Program-made: the position numbers and the translations under genes
Shown: positions 25,224 through 41,544 of the stretch, in pieces
Layout: the number at the start of each line of letters is the position of its first letter
Numbering within the stretch: position 1 is the stretch's first letter
Origin: Nitrospirales bacterium
GTDB taxonomy: Bacteria > Nitrospirota > Nitrospiria > Nitrospirales > UBA8639
Assembly (NCBI GenBank): GCA_965203295.1
Contig: CBDBCZ010000017.1
Coordinates: 2,368,001-2,432,000, forward strand
DNA: 64,000 nucleotides
Direction of reading: 5' to 3'
The notes under the pieces: generated by a model
Seen by the model: the letters and a program-made list of their open reading frames with translations, nothing else
The model's database searches: none
What the model was told of the DNA's origin: nothing

Positions 25224-26807
25224 ACTTGGAAGTTACTGCTTTAATCTGCAAGCTGCATGTTCTGATTCTACACCTTTTCTTGTGCAATGGAACATGAGCT
25301 GTTTAGTACAATAATTGCTGGATATGAACACATTGTATTATGCAACAGAATAAGTAGGACTTAATTGTACATCATTATATTATGCATGCCTTGCCATGAG
25401 CTGTTTATATAGTACACCAGTTCTCATAAAACTTGCAACAGCAAACTAGAAATGATAAAACCACTGACTGCTAGGGTAAATGCTTTGATTCAAGAAGTGA
25501 TCACCTTTCAGGAGAGGACTTCAAAGCCTAATTAATCACTCACCCACCCATTAGTGTAGTAGGCTTTACTTGCGAAGGTAGTGAAAACTGGCATAATCAT
25601 AATATGCCTAAGTCATAATGCCTCACTCTATATACTTAGACTATGGTATGCATAATCTACTTTGATTTTTTGACTTTAATGAGGTCTCTAAAATCCATTA
25701 GACCCCTCATCAAAAATTCATATTTCATATAGAGAAATTGAAAGCTGGAAACCATAGTCTAAGCTAGTTAGTGATCTCAGGCAGGTATCTTAGCTGTTTA
25801 GAGACCTTCAGGATGCTCCTATAATCACCTCGGGCAAAGGCAGACCACTGCGGGCATAGCCTAGTAACAGGCATTAAATATGCTACAAGCAAACTCACAA
25901 CCGCCAGAAGAATGTTGTTTTGCTACAAGCAAACCCACAAAAATGCTGTTCGAGAATAGAAGCACGTGTAGTCATGTAAAGAGCTAGAGCCCTACGTGCT
26001 ACCCCGTGACCCATTAAGGGGTGTGGTTTGCCACATCAAAAGCCTACTTCTAGAGCTATTCATGTACATGTAAACTCAACAGATGATATTTTTCCTATTG
26101 ATGTAGTGGTTCACTAAGTTAGCCTATACATTACTACTTTGAGAAGGATTTGTACCCAGGCTTCCTCTCCACCTCTTTTGTACAGTGCCTAAAAGCTGGG
26201 AGAGGAGCCTGCATGGATGAGTTTATGATAAATGGATTGGTTGCCTTATAGTGTCATAAATTTTTACAGCATTTAAATGTTGTGGGTTTGTAACTGGGTC
26301 AAGATAAGACTTTCTGGAGCCATAGTGATCACAAGGATAACAGTCTCATTTCCATGAATTAGCTATGACGATATTCTTAGCTGATTCAGTTTTACCAGCC
26401 AATGTACATTTAATAAGTATCCACGTTTGCAGTCCAGCTGTGAAAATCAAGGCTGTCAGGCAGCACATTGTATGACAATCAACTTGACTGCATGGCCTAG
26501 CTGGGAACAATATAATCCTTGTCCATTGTTTAACATCCAGTATTATTCTTCCCTCTCTCCTCCACACAGCCTCACTAACCTGGTAGAAGTCTCTGTATGT
26601 CTCCATCTCGAGCTGTAATTAAGGCCGGCTCCCTGGTCCCCCATATGTTTCAAGCTGTGAGGAGAACTGCTCCACAGTGCCAACGAAATCTGGGTCATCA
26701 AACATCAGCCTGGAAGGGTCTGAAAAGAAAACAGCTTACAAAGTTGTAATTAAGAACAGTTGGCAACCCCCAAAAAAGAAAATGATACAAATGTATTTAA
26801 AGAACAA

Positions 26808-26974
26808 CAGTGAAATCCCTCTATTGTGGACACCTTGGGGACATGGTATAGTGTCCTGTATAGATAGGTGTCCACATTTCAGGGGTAAATTCTTATTAAG
26901 ATGGGACATAGCAAAGTGTCCTCAATATAGAGGTGTCCATAATTCAGGGATGTCCTTTATGAGGGGATCCACTT
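26808..26974. mobile_element. Degenerate Tc1/pogo-like MITE
   Basis: Ends cagtgaaatccctct / gaggggatccactt; internal ggacac/gtgtcc subterminal repeats. Confidence 0.55.
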
Positions 26975-28489
26975 AATCTATAAGGGGAGACAGTGACTAT
27001 AGTTTTTACTTGCGAGTTCTAAGGTTGATTCTGAAAACCGATTTTGAATTCTCTATTTGCTATAGCATTGTAAATTTTTTGAGGGTGGGGGGCTTCATAT
27101 ATGAGAATTTAATGTCCTGTATCACTTACTGCGATCCTTCTGCACACAAAATGCTCCGGGATTTGGACATGAACACGAGCGAAGAGAAGAGCGTAGGATG
27201 TCATCTGACTCGAGGCATACCTGGTCCCATGGGCTTTAGGGACAAACAGTGGAGCAGTACAGCAAATTCATAAGCAAATCTATTTGCCTGAAAACACATT
27301 ATTATAGTAGTATCAGCTATTTGTAATATCATCATTTAAACTGGGAAAGGTATATATGATCTAAATATCATGTTAAGTAAACAATGAAATTGAGGGGGTC
27401 TACATATTTACAGCCCTGTAATTACAAACCCTCAGGGCCTGTGGGTTTTAGATCCCTATAAGACATTTATACTAAATGGGTTCTCACAATAGCAACAATT
27501 AAGCTGGCTAACTGTGAGACGACTCTAATCTCGAGTTTTCCAGCCACCAACAACAGCTTCACTGTTGGAACCTAAATTCAGAAACTGAGTCACAGACTGA
27601 TCATGACATCATGGAGACCTATCTCAGCTGCTTTAGCACTACTAGCAGTGGCAAGTGGGCAATTGTGCTGCAAAATCGCTAAATTGTGCTAGAATTAGCG
27701 CTCTCAAATGTACGTAAGTCACCTGAAGATCCAAAGGAACTTTGTCCCGAAACTAGCTACCTGCAATACAACTAGGGCCAGGCCGCACCCACATACACCA
27801 TCCATCACAACAGATGACCCGCCCCTTTGCCATCATCCAGGCGATAAACAATTAATGTTCCGTACCGATGCGCAACTTGTACTTGTCCGGTTACGCAACG
27901 CAACCCGACGCCGGTTGCGTAAAACCATATACATCTCCACGTGGTCGATCGAACTTGCAGACTACTAGAGACGGTATGCAGTGGCTTGCACTGTGTGGGC
28001 AACTCGAAATCTGGAAACAATTTAGTATGGATTTGTCTTTGGCCAGATCTGCGAGCAAGTGAGTCCTTAGATTTAGGGATTGGTACGACTTATTTCTGCA
28101 TGAACGTGCGCTCTCATCAGCTATCAATCCGTAATATTTCTTTGGCTGCACTATAATAAATCGTAGGTGGATGCAAAATAGTCTCGTTTCCAGACCCTCT
28201 GCGCGAACCCCACGGATTTCTCACGCGGATCCTTGGAGTGTTGAAAATTTCATCTGTACTTTAATAAGTATGATGTAATTTCCGTAAAAAAAAATTGCCA
28301 CCATGTGTTCATTTGTTTACGAGTCGGACAGCGCGTGGTTAGCCTGCATACACCATATGTGATATCTGTGGACGGGGGGTTATTCATGGTGATGCTGTGG
28401 TACTCCGTCCCTGCTTCCTGTGCAAAAGAGAGATTGCTAACTGCCGTGACTGCCGGACTCTTTATGGTGATGCCACCAAGCACTTCCTA

Positions 28490-28610
28490 CCGGTGTACGC
28501 ACAATATTGGGACCCCCCAAAATGGGGACCCCCGGTCCCCATATCACTAGAGATGTGGGGACCGGGGTCCCCGAAATCTCTAGCGATATGGGGACCGAGG
28601 GGCCGCAAAG
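28490..28610 (+). mobile_element. GC-rich transposon terminus with subterminal inverted repeats (superfamily unresolved)
   Basis: ccggtgt start followed by repeated ggggacc/ggtcccc and ccccatatcactagagat..atctctagcgatatgggg. No partner end found. Confidence 0.4.
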
Positions 28611-31600
28611 CGCTGGTGGTATGGAGATCCTTTATTACAAATTTATGTATCAATGTAAGTGTAGTGTACGTAAGAATTTTTTGTCACTTCTATATATGCA
28701 GTTGGCTAATTGAAGAGGTCATCCATTGTTTAGCTACATGATGGAAGAGTTTATTCACTTTGCCTCTGTTAGAGATATGTCAATGATTAGCTATTGTTCA
28801 TGTTGTAGTTGTAACCATGCTCAAAGATGCTTTAGGCCCTTTCCTGTTTTCTTGTACATAGACTTCTGACTCCTCATTTTCCCTTGTCCTTGCCACCTGT
28901 TCTTGTGCCACCTGTCTATGGAACATTCTAGAACTCTCTTCTTTTCTATATATAGTGTCTCTTTTTGCCACTGTGTAGTTGTTCAGTTGTTCAGTCTTCA
29001 CGATTACTATTGGAATGTTACTGAGAAGTTGGTGTACCTATCTACTCTGCGCATCGTTAATCTACTGAAAGCATGCGTCCCTGGCTAGTTCAACTAGTCA
29101 GCGTTTGACCCGAGAAAAAACTCTACAAGAACAGCCTCAGGTACGTGCTGTCGATACTTAAACCTTGCTCTGCGCTGGTTTACGCTTGTATATATGTACG
29201 TACGTATAGTGACTCATCTTGTGCTTGGATAAAGTGGGTACGTTGAGTCATACTCTATGTCGGGTTATGGCCGTTGCATAGTAAAAACATTGCATTTCCA
29301 AGTTTTGAAGACAAATTAGATATTTAATAATTGCATACGCATGTAACGTTACACCTGTTTGTGTACTAATGTTTGCTTGTTCGAGATGAACTCCTAATTC
29401 ACAATTATTTAAACCTTACAGTTAAAACCTTATGGTGTACCTCTACTGCAGCAGTGCTGGAAATCGTATCTATTGCAGCAGTAACTGTGCAGCACTTCTT
29501 GCATGTGTTGGTCAAGCCCTCAACTATTAGGTTATTGACATGAAGGGTATACGTGTACCTATAGCATGCTGGTCTTTTACTCTTTGTTCTTCAGACCTTG
29601 CCAAGCTAGACCAACAGTGGCTTGATAATGAGCTACAGTTCCCAGTCTACCTCTCTCACTTTCAATTCTCTTGGGGGAAGATGGACCAAGATGATGATTG
29701 CAGAAAGGTACACCAAAACCCTCTGTGTGTACTACTAAAGTTATAACTAAAGTGTAGTGAGCAGAATCAAGCCATAATTAAGATTTTATCTTTAATTGGA
29801 ATACAAATGGTAAGTCAGCTAATTAGCCACTTGCATGCTAATATGTATAGCTATTCTAATAAATATGCTTTCATTCTAAGGCTTGGCAAAAGAAGGGTAT
29901 ATTTACCTTGTATCATGCATTTGTAACGTGCTTCAGTGGGCGGATACTACGTGCATAAACATACCCCTTGCTGAAAGTTGACCCTGAAGAGGGGATTGTG
30001 TGCTAAATACGTGGCGGGCGCTTGATACGTATTCTACGTAACGTGTATAATGTACATGAGCTGACGTGTCGGAGGTGGTCTTAGAATTGTTCCCCCCTCC
30101 ACCTCCGCTGTAGGCTGATGGAGAAGCAGGCAGTGTACTATGGCCCTAGACCCACAGTTGTTGGAGGCCCACTCACCTGAACATGTGACTCTGCTGTTCC
30201 TGTCTGTCATGTGAGCCTGTTGTTACTCAGACCAATGAATCGTACGTGCTAGCGCTAGTGTTGATTTCTCACTATTTTGGGAGGTATATAGGTTTGTACC
30301 AGATCTCCATGCAGACCTTTTTTGCAACCATATGAACAAAACGAACATTATTCTGTCTCATTGATCGCATCACTGCATTTGAAATGTGATGTCTCTGAAC
30401 TTCCGTATATACACCGAAGGTTATACGCGGTGCGTGGTTGCATAGATAGTTGCTGCATTTATTGAGCCCCACAAGTATGACGCCTGTTCTCTATCACACA
30501 CGGTCTTTTTATTCACATAGATGTGGCATACAGTGTACATGTTATGTTATTATAATGCAGTAGATTGCACGAGGTGAGAAAATGCCAGCAGAGTGTTTAA
30601 GGGTAGCTACTGTAGTACAATCGTACTCTGTACAAGCAGTTGTTCGCAGAATGCATTTGGTTCTGGCCAAATTATTGACTCTGCTGGAGCAGGTACATTA
30701 ATTTCAGGTGCTGTCAATGCACACACACATCCATACATGGCCTTAATAGGCGTATTTTACTGCATGCCTCTGTGGTGGATTTGGTTAGGTGGGATCTTGT
30801 TAATGTTTGCATTCATTAATATACTTCAGCTGCCAGTTACATGTACATGTACTCTGCAGCTGCGTTCGACACATCTATTAATTGTATCACTTGTGCATAC
30901 ATGCATGGTATTCCATGCAAAGGGTCTCGGGAACTGCTGAGTGATATTACGTATGTATCAACACATTGCTAGGCTCTGCCCAGTGCAAGCTGCTTAGCAA
31001 CCATTGTCTTCCTGATCAGCCAGAATGACAGTTGTCACTGGACGTCCTGCCGCCCACTGATGCTCAATCCTTTCTTTGCTACCACTATTTTTGTATCATT
31101 GCACATGTAGCACTATTCACTGGCTATTAAAGAATGAAACTTTTGTTTCAATTTCAGTTAGCCAACTTAATTGAAAATAGAACACTGTTAGTATTAGTTT
31201 ACCATAATAAATGGGTTGATTTTGCTGAAAAAAAAACATAAGTTGTAGTTTATTCCCAGTACTTTTGAATTCTACATTAGTTTTAGTAATTAACTAAGTC
31301 TGTTTTGGTTCAACTAGACGACCTTTGTTTTCAGTTTCAGTTAACTAAATCATCACTACTACTTACCCCTATCCATGTGCAGAAGTAATTGCTCCACAAG
31401 CTCTTTCTCTTTATATTCAGATTGTATTCCTACAACATCGGTCATCCTAGATCACATACTGTGGCTTATTGGACTACAGTGGCTGCAGGTCAGTTTCTAT
31501 TATGTTAAATACAGGTTTTGTGAATGTCTGCTCAAGAATTAACTCATTGCACGTGACCATGATTTCACACGGGACTTTGCGTCATAAATTATTAAAGTGT

Positions 31601-32939
31601 ACTAAGCGTATTAGTGTAGCAATTGATTAACTTTTTCGCTAACCATGTCAAGCAAGTGGCAGATTCTCTGTTGTTTATTTTTTCAAACACTGTTGGCCAC
31701 AGCTATTCAGCACAAAAGGGCTGCTGATTGGACCATAAAAGCCTCTTCAGGATCGATCACAAGGTTCATGGTAATTTATATTTCCAATACAGCAATATTG
31801 AAAACGAAGTCTGTGCTCTCTAGCAGCAAAGCAAAACAGTCCAACTGACTCCCTGACTGTCTCCAGAAGCAAGATTGTCAAAGCTACCACTGGCACTGAC
31901 TCTAGTGTCCAATTAACTGTGTAATTAATTATGTAGCTTGCCATAGTTGGCGATCATTCATTGCCTGCCAATTTTGCCATGTATGGGGTTATTTTACGGT
32001 TACATCACTGATTAAAGGTGTGGCCAAAAGACACTGTAGCCGTAGGGAGGGGCTTTCCCTTCGCCAAAGGCCGGCACACACGAGCAAGTCCGCAAAAGCC
32101 TATAAATAGGCGTTTCGCTTACATTGTAGACTAATTACACTATGTGTGCCTATATATATATATAATCACGCCACATGCAATCTGTTAGGTGTTTTATAAC
32201 TGCTGCAATAAACATGCTTATTACATTTCTGTGCTTTTAAGTCCCTCTGCTAGAGGGAGATACAGGTTAGACTCTGTGTAGTGATCAATCTGCCTTTCTG
32301 TAGATTGATGAAAGTACACCTTCAACAGGGGACCTGGTTGCTGGTAGCAGTCTCACTCGGGAACAGTGCCAGCTAATAAGAGAGACTACCCAACAACTCC
32401 TCAGCAGAGGTTAGCAACTTCCATCTGTTGTGTACAACATAGCACATGCACACATGTGAAAGTTTGTGGTCATTTGTAAATGGTCTATGTCATATGGAGG
32501 ACAGTGTAGGAATTGTTTTACGAATTTGAGAACTCTACAAACACTGAGGCCTCAACAGAGGGCTTTATGGCAGCAGCTTGCAGCAAGCCTTTGAACACTG
32601 TTTAATTCAGTAGTGTGCGTTAAGCTGAATAATGTTCACCTTTTCAGCTTCTAGTTATTTGTATACCTCCTCATGAATTGCAACCTTGCCAAGGCCCTCT
32701 GATGAGTCAATAGAAAAAACTACGTGTTTTGATTGTTTTCCAAATATGCCATTGTTTCTGAACTAATTTTTGAGCATCACCGGATGGATGTAGATACACT
32801 CTCAGTAAACAACTGAGATGTTAAGTAGTAGCTGATGATTGGCCGCCATGTGTGTTTGGGTGTGCTAGTGCTATACATATTACTGGAAGTGGGTGAGGCC
32901 TGCAATCAATACTACAAACCCTTCACACTTTGAGTTGAA

Positions 32940-33072
32940 AGTTTTCACTAATTTGTGTACATTGTAACAGACATGTAGGTATAATATACCTACATGTCTG
33001 TTACAATGTACACAAATTAGTGAAAACTAAAAGTGGAAAATGTACATATATTATATGTACATTTTCCACTTT
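32940..33072. repeat. Two adjacent perfect palindromes (44-bp arms 32940-33028; 21-bp arms 33030-33072)
   Basis: Arms checked by eye as exact reverse complements; centres are TATA-A-TATA and TATA-T-TATA. Confidence 0.96.
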
Positions 33073-33199
33073 GGGAATCAAACATTAAACCATGAAGGGT
33101 AGAACCATTTACCTCTAATTATTCGGTTTTTCTAATCATCTGAATGCATTACTGTGTTTGCTCTGATTCACCTATAAATCATATTTTAACCATTCTATA

Positions 33200-33490
33200 A
33201 TTACACAATAGACATTGCTATAACACTTCAACCGAACGCTGCCTACTTTTGTCGCAGTGTCCACTCATTGTGAACCCATCCATTCGCTGATTGAACCAAG
33301 TATTCAGTAGAGGCAACGAATGCTCATTGAACCACTGTCTGAGCACTGCCATTTCCTGACTGAACATAGCTGTTCGCTGACGGAACACTGCTGTTTATCA
33401 CCCAAATACAGTGTTCATGTACCCAACACAACCGTCACCAACTAAACACAGCCTTTCACCAACTGAACACAGCTGTTTGTGAACTAGCGC
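33200..33490 (+). repeat. Degenerate ~21-22-bp minisatellite
   Basis: Recurring actgaacacagctgtt-like units. Confidence 0.55.
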
Positions 33491-34400
33491 TCGCTTGCCG
33501 ATTGCTGCTGATCTTTTACGTAGATGTGACACATTCCATAGCAAACTGCTCTAATTTGCCCAATGCTTAAAAATTTTTATTGTATTCCAATTGACAAAAG
33601 TTGTCAAAAGGAATGTTTTTGGCTATATGGAAAAACTTCATCGAAATGAGGTGACATGTGCAACTTATTTCATCATAATTATAAATATACCCACTCCACT
33701 GTTCGATACTTGTGATACTGTGGTTCTCAAGATTATTGGTTGTGTCTTTCAATTTTTTTGTTTTTGCTTCAGCCACATACAGCAAGACCTGCAGCTTAAA
33801 AGTGCTTGCAGTACTTCCTCAACACGTTGGGAAAACTCTTAAGCTCAGAGGGTTTCAGCAAGCATGTGTGAGTGCCCATCACTGATTGCCAAATTGTATA
33901 TCTGAATAGCGAGAAGATTTATTTTATTTTCCCACTATTCGATATATAATCATTGAGGTCTTAAGTTCTGTGCAGTAGAATGCTTTCAGTACAAGGGCGT
34001 AACTGGAAAATACTCCATGTACTCAATTGTTAACAGCCAGACTTTGATCTAAACAACCAAATCAAATTTCAATTAACACCGTTTCTGTGATGACATTAAT
34101 TTACAATCAGTGAAAAAGCTGCTAATGGCGCTATCACAACCTGGATAGCAAAACAAACTACCACATGGCTTTGTGGGATTAAAAGACTCTTTTCCTGCAA
34201 TCATTGCTAGATAAGGACAACTAAACATGTCATAAATCCAAAACAAGAGCATCACTGTATAAGTGCAGAACAAAGGGCACAGTATTGGATGGCACAATCA
34301 GGGTAACTACGTGTATGCTTTTCCCAACTACTAACTGCTCTACAGTTGAGCAAACTACTGTATAGTCATGGATTTTCCCACTAGTATTTTTACCAGCTGG

Positions 34401-37313
34401 CCAGTTCTTATACATACATCGTGTATATCTGGTTTATACAGTATATACGTATATGTATTTATGAGGCATTTTTATTATGCTGTAAGCATAGTTCTTCTCC
34501 ATTGTCATAGGTTGATGGCTGTGACAATGTACGTGTGGCATTAGTGTCCACCATTCCTGCTGTTCTGACATCTGTAGAGAAAGAAATGACATCGACACTG
34601 TTTGCATCTGTAATGTAAAGCTGATATGGGAAGCAGATGAGAAGAAATTCTTGTGTAGTTAGTGACTGCATGCATGGACCCTACTTAGGAGCAAGACACG
34701 TCATCAAAATATGAATAATCTCTCAGGAGAATAGTAATTTGACTCATATGTTTTCAAGTTTATTTTAGGTGGCCCAATTGTACTACGTATATCTGATACA
34801 TTCCATTTATGCTCCTTGCTGAGATGGTATGCGTAATATATATTTTTCTTTCTCTCCAGTAATATAAAATAGGAAACTAGCGAACTGCAGCTGATTTTAG
34901 CCAAGGAGCTACCCAGCGTTGTGTCTGCAGTGTCAAGACAGGATGTGCCACGGTACTGAGGTGCAGTGTAATGTTTCAGAGCTGTAGTTTTAATTTAGAA
35001 TTTAGAACGGGTGAGTTTTTAATCTCTCTCTTGCCACTTTATTGTAGTCATGTTCACTATAGGGTTGTAGGTGAGTGATTGCCTCCATAGAGCCCTAACA
35101 TTATTCAAGCAGAAACTTTATACACTCTCAAGTTATCACATTTTATTCCATAGGGACAGTGTAATTTGGCAAGTTTACGTAGACTCATAGAATATGAGAC
35201 AGTAACTGTTGATAATTTTAAAATGTGACATAAGTATTGCATAATCCTTACATTTATGTGATGCCCTTGCAGATGACTCTTCTGTGATTAGTTCCCCTTG
35301 CATAACCTTGTTCACCAATGAGTGTCAGCAAGTTCGGAATGCTATCAGGTACTACATGTACATAATCATAGCTTCACTTGACATACGTAGTATCTTTTGA
35401 TCTAAGCCTGTGTATGTACATTCTGCAAGGTAGCAGTATAACAAGAAATGGAATATTTTAATGTTAATACAAACTATATTTGTCGGATTATAAACTATTT
35501 GTAGGTATGTATCTTTTAAATGTCAAGTGTATTATTTATAGCTGTTTTTCTTCACAGGTTCACAGAATAGCAAAAGCTCATACACTAACCCCTGGGAAGA
35601 TGCTGTCCCTGTTCAAGGACAATGTTTGTCAGGTGCATTAAATTGTAGGCCTTGTCTGCTATTGGATATGACCTTAACTGGGAATCTTGGTACATGTTTT
35701 GCAGTTTCTTGTGGAGGTACTACATCAGAAGAAGGGTTTCATTTTGAAGGCAGACAAAAAAGGGCCATTCTTTCAGGTGCGTGTGTAGACTTCCTCATGT
35801 TGTGAAATGGCATGATGCACAGCGCGCGAATGGCTGGTACTAAGATTGCTTTACGTTTTCTGTCTGTTTGTTTGTTTGTTTGTCTGTTTGTGTGTTCGCA
35901 CTTATCGCATGCGCCATATATTGCATCATACGTTACTATGCAACTGCAGCTTTTGGAGGTTTGCAGGCCAAGCTACAGCAAATGAAGGTAGTTTTGTGTT
36001 GCCTAGATGGTGAAAACGTGGTAGGTATCCGTAAAGATCCTGGTTTCTTGGCACATAGCTACTAACTGGAGGTGCATGATGAAACTGCTGAGTCAGCACT
36101 TTCACTGTACCACTCTAAGAATATAGTATCTCCGGCTCTACAGCTGTAGTTAAATAGCTTGGCCTAAGCTGAGTTGTGTGTATTGTACGGAAAAGGCGTC
36201 CGGCTGTTTTTTTTTAGACATGAACTATCAGACTTGTTTTTGTTTTTAGAATTGGTTTAGGGCATTTTTTTTGTACGTGGGTTGTTATATCTGAAATTGG
36301 AATACTACAATAAATTAATTAGCGGCAGTAATTGAACAAAACAGTGATACACACACCCCAGGTAACAAATCAATAACAAGGTTTAGCTGTCTACATTATA
36401 TTCCAAAGCTGCTTTTTCTATGCTATTTGTAGTCTGTTCTTGATAATAGCCATTTTGTAAACCTTCATAACTTCTTGACAGCATACTGAAATAAATCTTC
36501 CTCGGTATTAAATCTTGAAAATTTACTGTTAGTGTGCTGCATCAAGTACATTTATTGAACTTATATTGACAGTGAATATAATCTCTTATCCAGAGTCCAA
36601 GATCACTACTTGTGGAGTGTTTTAAATACATCTTTTTGCATCTCGTTTGTAATGGGCAGCAAACAGACCTCAACATTGCATCCAGATTTTTGAAGGTTTT
36701 GCAGACGTGTGTACATGTATATGTGTATGTGAGTGTACGTATGTGTATAGCCTTTGATTATCAGTTATATAAATAAAACCAGAGCATATTAGTAGAGCTC
36801 AGGTATTGTAAATGTTTTGAATACAGAAAGGGAAAGTTAATTTGTAACATAGTTTGACACCCATCTTCCACTTTCAGTCTGAGGGAGACTTTGAGATGAC
36901 CACTCTGCTTCGATCAGATATGAAGAATGTCCTCAATCTTCTACTACTCCACTTGAGCACTCACAGGGAGAGAGTACTGGCTGGGATAAAGATGCTTGCA
37001 GAGATTAACCAGTTGGCTAGAGAGGAGAAGCCACTGCAAATGGACAGTGAGAAGCAGATGGTGAGTTAGGATAACATTGCATTGTCTTGACTATGCCATC
37101 AGTGGAAGTGGTGTAGGAATAGCCTCATTCCCAGGCCTCCGCACAGCTTTTATCGCTTGCAGTACAAAAAGCGTGGAAGGTCTGGAATATTTTATCATGT
37201 GAATGACGTTGAGGGTAGAGAGAGGGTAGCTTAGAGAGACTTTAATTGAATGTGGGCGAAACTATAGCAACGTGCCCACGCAGAGCCAATTTATCAAGAA
37301 GAGTCACACTTCT
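34401..37313 (+). repeat. Segmental duplication, copy 2 of 1-3075
   Basis: Colinear near-identity; lacks the ~150 bp present at ~1929-2081 in copy 1. Confidence 0.97.
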
Positions 37314-38627
37314 GGCAGTGTGACAAACAGGTAAGTATAGAAAAGCGCTTAATAAAAGCCTGGTTGTTACTACATATATGGTACTTTGTGATAAAGTGCG
37401 CTCAAATTGCTCATTGAGGCCATCATAACAATAAGTTGTTAGAGTGTTCCAACGGTTGAAACTGAGTATTCATGATAACATTGCAATCTTTTTTCCTAAT
37501 TCCATGCGCGTGACGTCACATCCGTGACGGACAGGCGAACTACATATTGATGTATCTCATAACTGTGTTACCACATGCAACTCTGTATGTATTAAACAAT
37601 TATTTGGGCTGTACTTATTTAATGGCAGCTTAATTGAGCTGATGAAAGTAATGGGACCATGCATGGCTGGGATAAAGATGCTTAGTTGCCACTATTTTCC
37701 TTTTCCAGCCTTCACCAGCAACTACAACATGTCCTAAAAGGGTCATGCCATGAGCTTTCTGATGTCAGAATGGATGCATTGAAAGCACTACACAGACTGT
37801 TGAGATTCAATCGAGTTAGTGCAGTAATTATTTATTTGTATGTGAACTGTACATACTGTTCGTGTTCATGTAAACTTTAAAACAATTCCTGCTCTGTTTA
37901 TGCAGGCGGAGTTGGAGAAGTGCATGGTAGGAAGTGACACTGTTGATACAATCATTACAGAGATTGCAACAACAGTAAGTTGATTTCGCTTCATGAAGAA
38001 GTGAAATTATGTCTATCTGACGTAGTCCATACTCAACATTTTGTTCTTAAAATTGCTGCTTTGTCCTCAGTTTCTAAAGGTCTGCGAGGCACTAGTTTTG
38101 AGCTTCGAGAAGAGTTTGGGAAGTGTCTAGGAGAACTTGGAGCTGTTGGTCCCGAAAAGTATGTGCTGGTATACCACACTTTTGTCATACAATTCTGTAT
38201 GCTAAGTCAGTGTTGTACTAACTTGCAACTGTCCGAGGAGTAACATTTGTATCCAATACTGTCCTATTCTCAGAGACGTAATTTCTCTGACCATATTTAG
38301 ATTAGTATTATATCACATTTATGTGGGTGGGTATGTTTTCGGATTATGTACTTGCGAGCATCCTGTTAACTACCTGCCCCTTACTTGCTTTTGCTTGTGT
38401 GCTTGCTGTACTTCCCCAGGCTGGATATTCATTCCCATGGTGTCAACTTCGAAGACTGTGAAGTACTTTGAGGTATACATCTTGCTTACTAGTGATTTCT
38501 ATTAGCCTCGTACTCAGCTATTAAATTTAGGCAGAAGGGCTTGATGTGAGGTTTAGCCGAGTACAGTGGTGCTGTGGAGGTCTGGGTTATTTTGTAGTGT
38601 GGGGTGTTGTGTTTTGTGAAGTATGTA

Positions 38628-39124
38628 CCGTAAACTACGTATTATCCGCCCATGATGTATTATCCGCCCATCCCCCTTTTTGAGTCAAAGTTACGTCGGA
38701 GGGTATTTATGTACTTAGTATCCGCCCACCCTTAAACACCATCCATGCGAGCTAAACATGCAACTAACAACTGAAAATTCCAAAACAACGAGCAGAATCA
38801 AACGACAAAACTCGATCTTCAGTGCGCTTTAATTGGAATACCGACGGTAAGTCCGTCAGCCACTTCACTTTTTAGCGGATAATAGTAGTCTGCATGCTTC
38901 TATAATAGGTAGTTCAATACAATTTGCATTCACTGTGGGGCGGTACTTGTCTAGAAAAGCTATACTTACCTTGTATACTCGCTTTGCATACCGCGCGTTT
39001 GGAATGCGTTCGAGTGGGCGGATACTACATCGTATTTATAAAAACTATGTATTATCCGCCCACCCCCCTCTTTCAGCTTGCACTTAAGTGGCCCGCCCAT
39101 GGGCGGATAATACGTACTTTACGG
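38628..39124. mobile_element. pogo-like MITE
   Basis: 27-bp TIRs ccgtaaa(c/g)tacgtattatccgcccatg with one mismatch, TA TSD and internal tatccgccca repeats. A related fragment lies at ~29890-30040. Confidence 0.92.
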
Positions 39125-39626
39125 TAATCGTTATGGATGAGGATGTGAGGGTGGTTGTGGGATGGTGAGTGGTGGTGATGATTGTGGATGGTGGTGTGTG
39201 TTGAAGGGTGTTGTGTAAGGGGGTGTGGTACGGTTTGTGGTGGGTGTGGTTGGAAAGATGTAGGGATGGTAGGTATGCGGTAAATGCATCGCACTGTGAT
39301 ATGTGCGTAGTCTGTGCATGCCTTCTGGTGTTTGTTTTGTTGTTTTTTGGGGGAGTGTAAAGGTATGTCGTGTACTCACATTGATGAGTGAACTAATGTC
39401 CTTGCAGTTACTGTGATCTGAGGACTGTTCAACAGCATGTGTACACTGTGCTATAAATATATGTACCAAGCAAGTCAACGCCGAAGCTTTGAAGTTATTT
39501 GTTCATGTATTGATTATTATCACGTGCATATCAGTCTATTGGTATCACTGCACATCTATGATTATACCAGGCTGAGATCGTTTCTTTAATGTGGGATCCA
39601 GATGCAATGATGCTACTGCAACAATT

Positions 39627-41372
<1,746 letters not shown>

Positions 41373-41544
41373 TTTGTACCATTTATTTACCTGCCACCCG
41401 GCTTAGTCCTTTTGTATCTTTAGTTTGAAACACTTTAGTTAACATGTAAATGCACTGTACACATTCTTTTGTAATTGTAATGTATAGCTATTTGCAATTG
41501 CTGTACAGGTGTCGCTATAGCATTAGTTTTGGAGCCACCCTAGC

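Larger units (their letters stand above)
31421..38472 (+). pseudogene. ATR: ATR partial copy B
   Basis: Duplicated exons 34873-37060, plus exons absent from copy A: 37709-37814 (LHQQLQHVLKGSCHELSDVRMDAL), 37906-37974 (SDTVDTIITEI), 38071-38158 (FLKGLR..GKCLGELGAVGPE) and 38420-38472 (frameshifted). Candidate upstream exons 31421-31488 and 32305-32409 are less certain. Confidence 0.87.

Noticed and set aside
39131..39300. His/Pro-rich minus-strand ORFs
   Set aside because: GT-rich low-complexity sequence.
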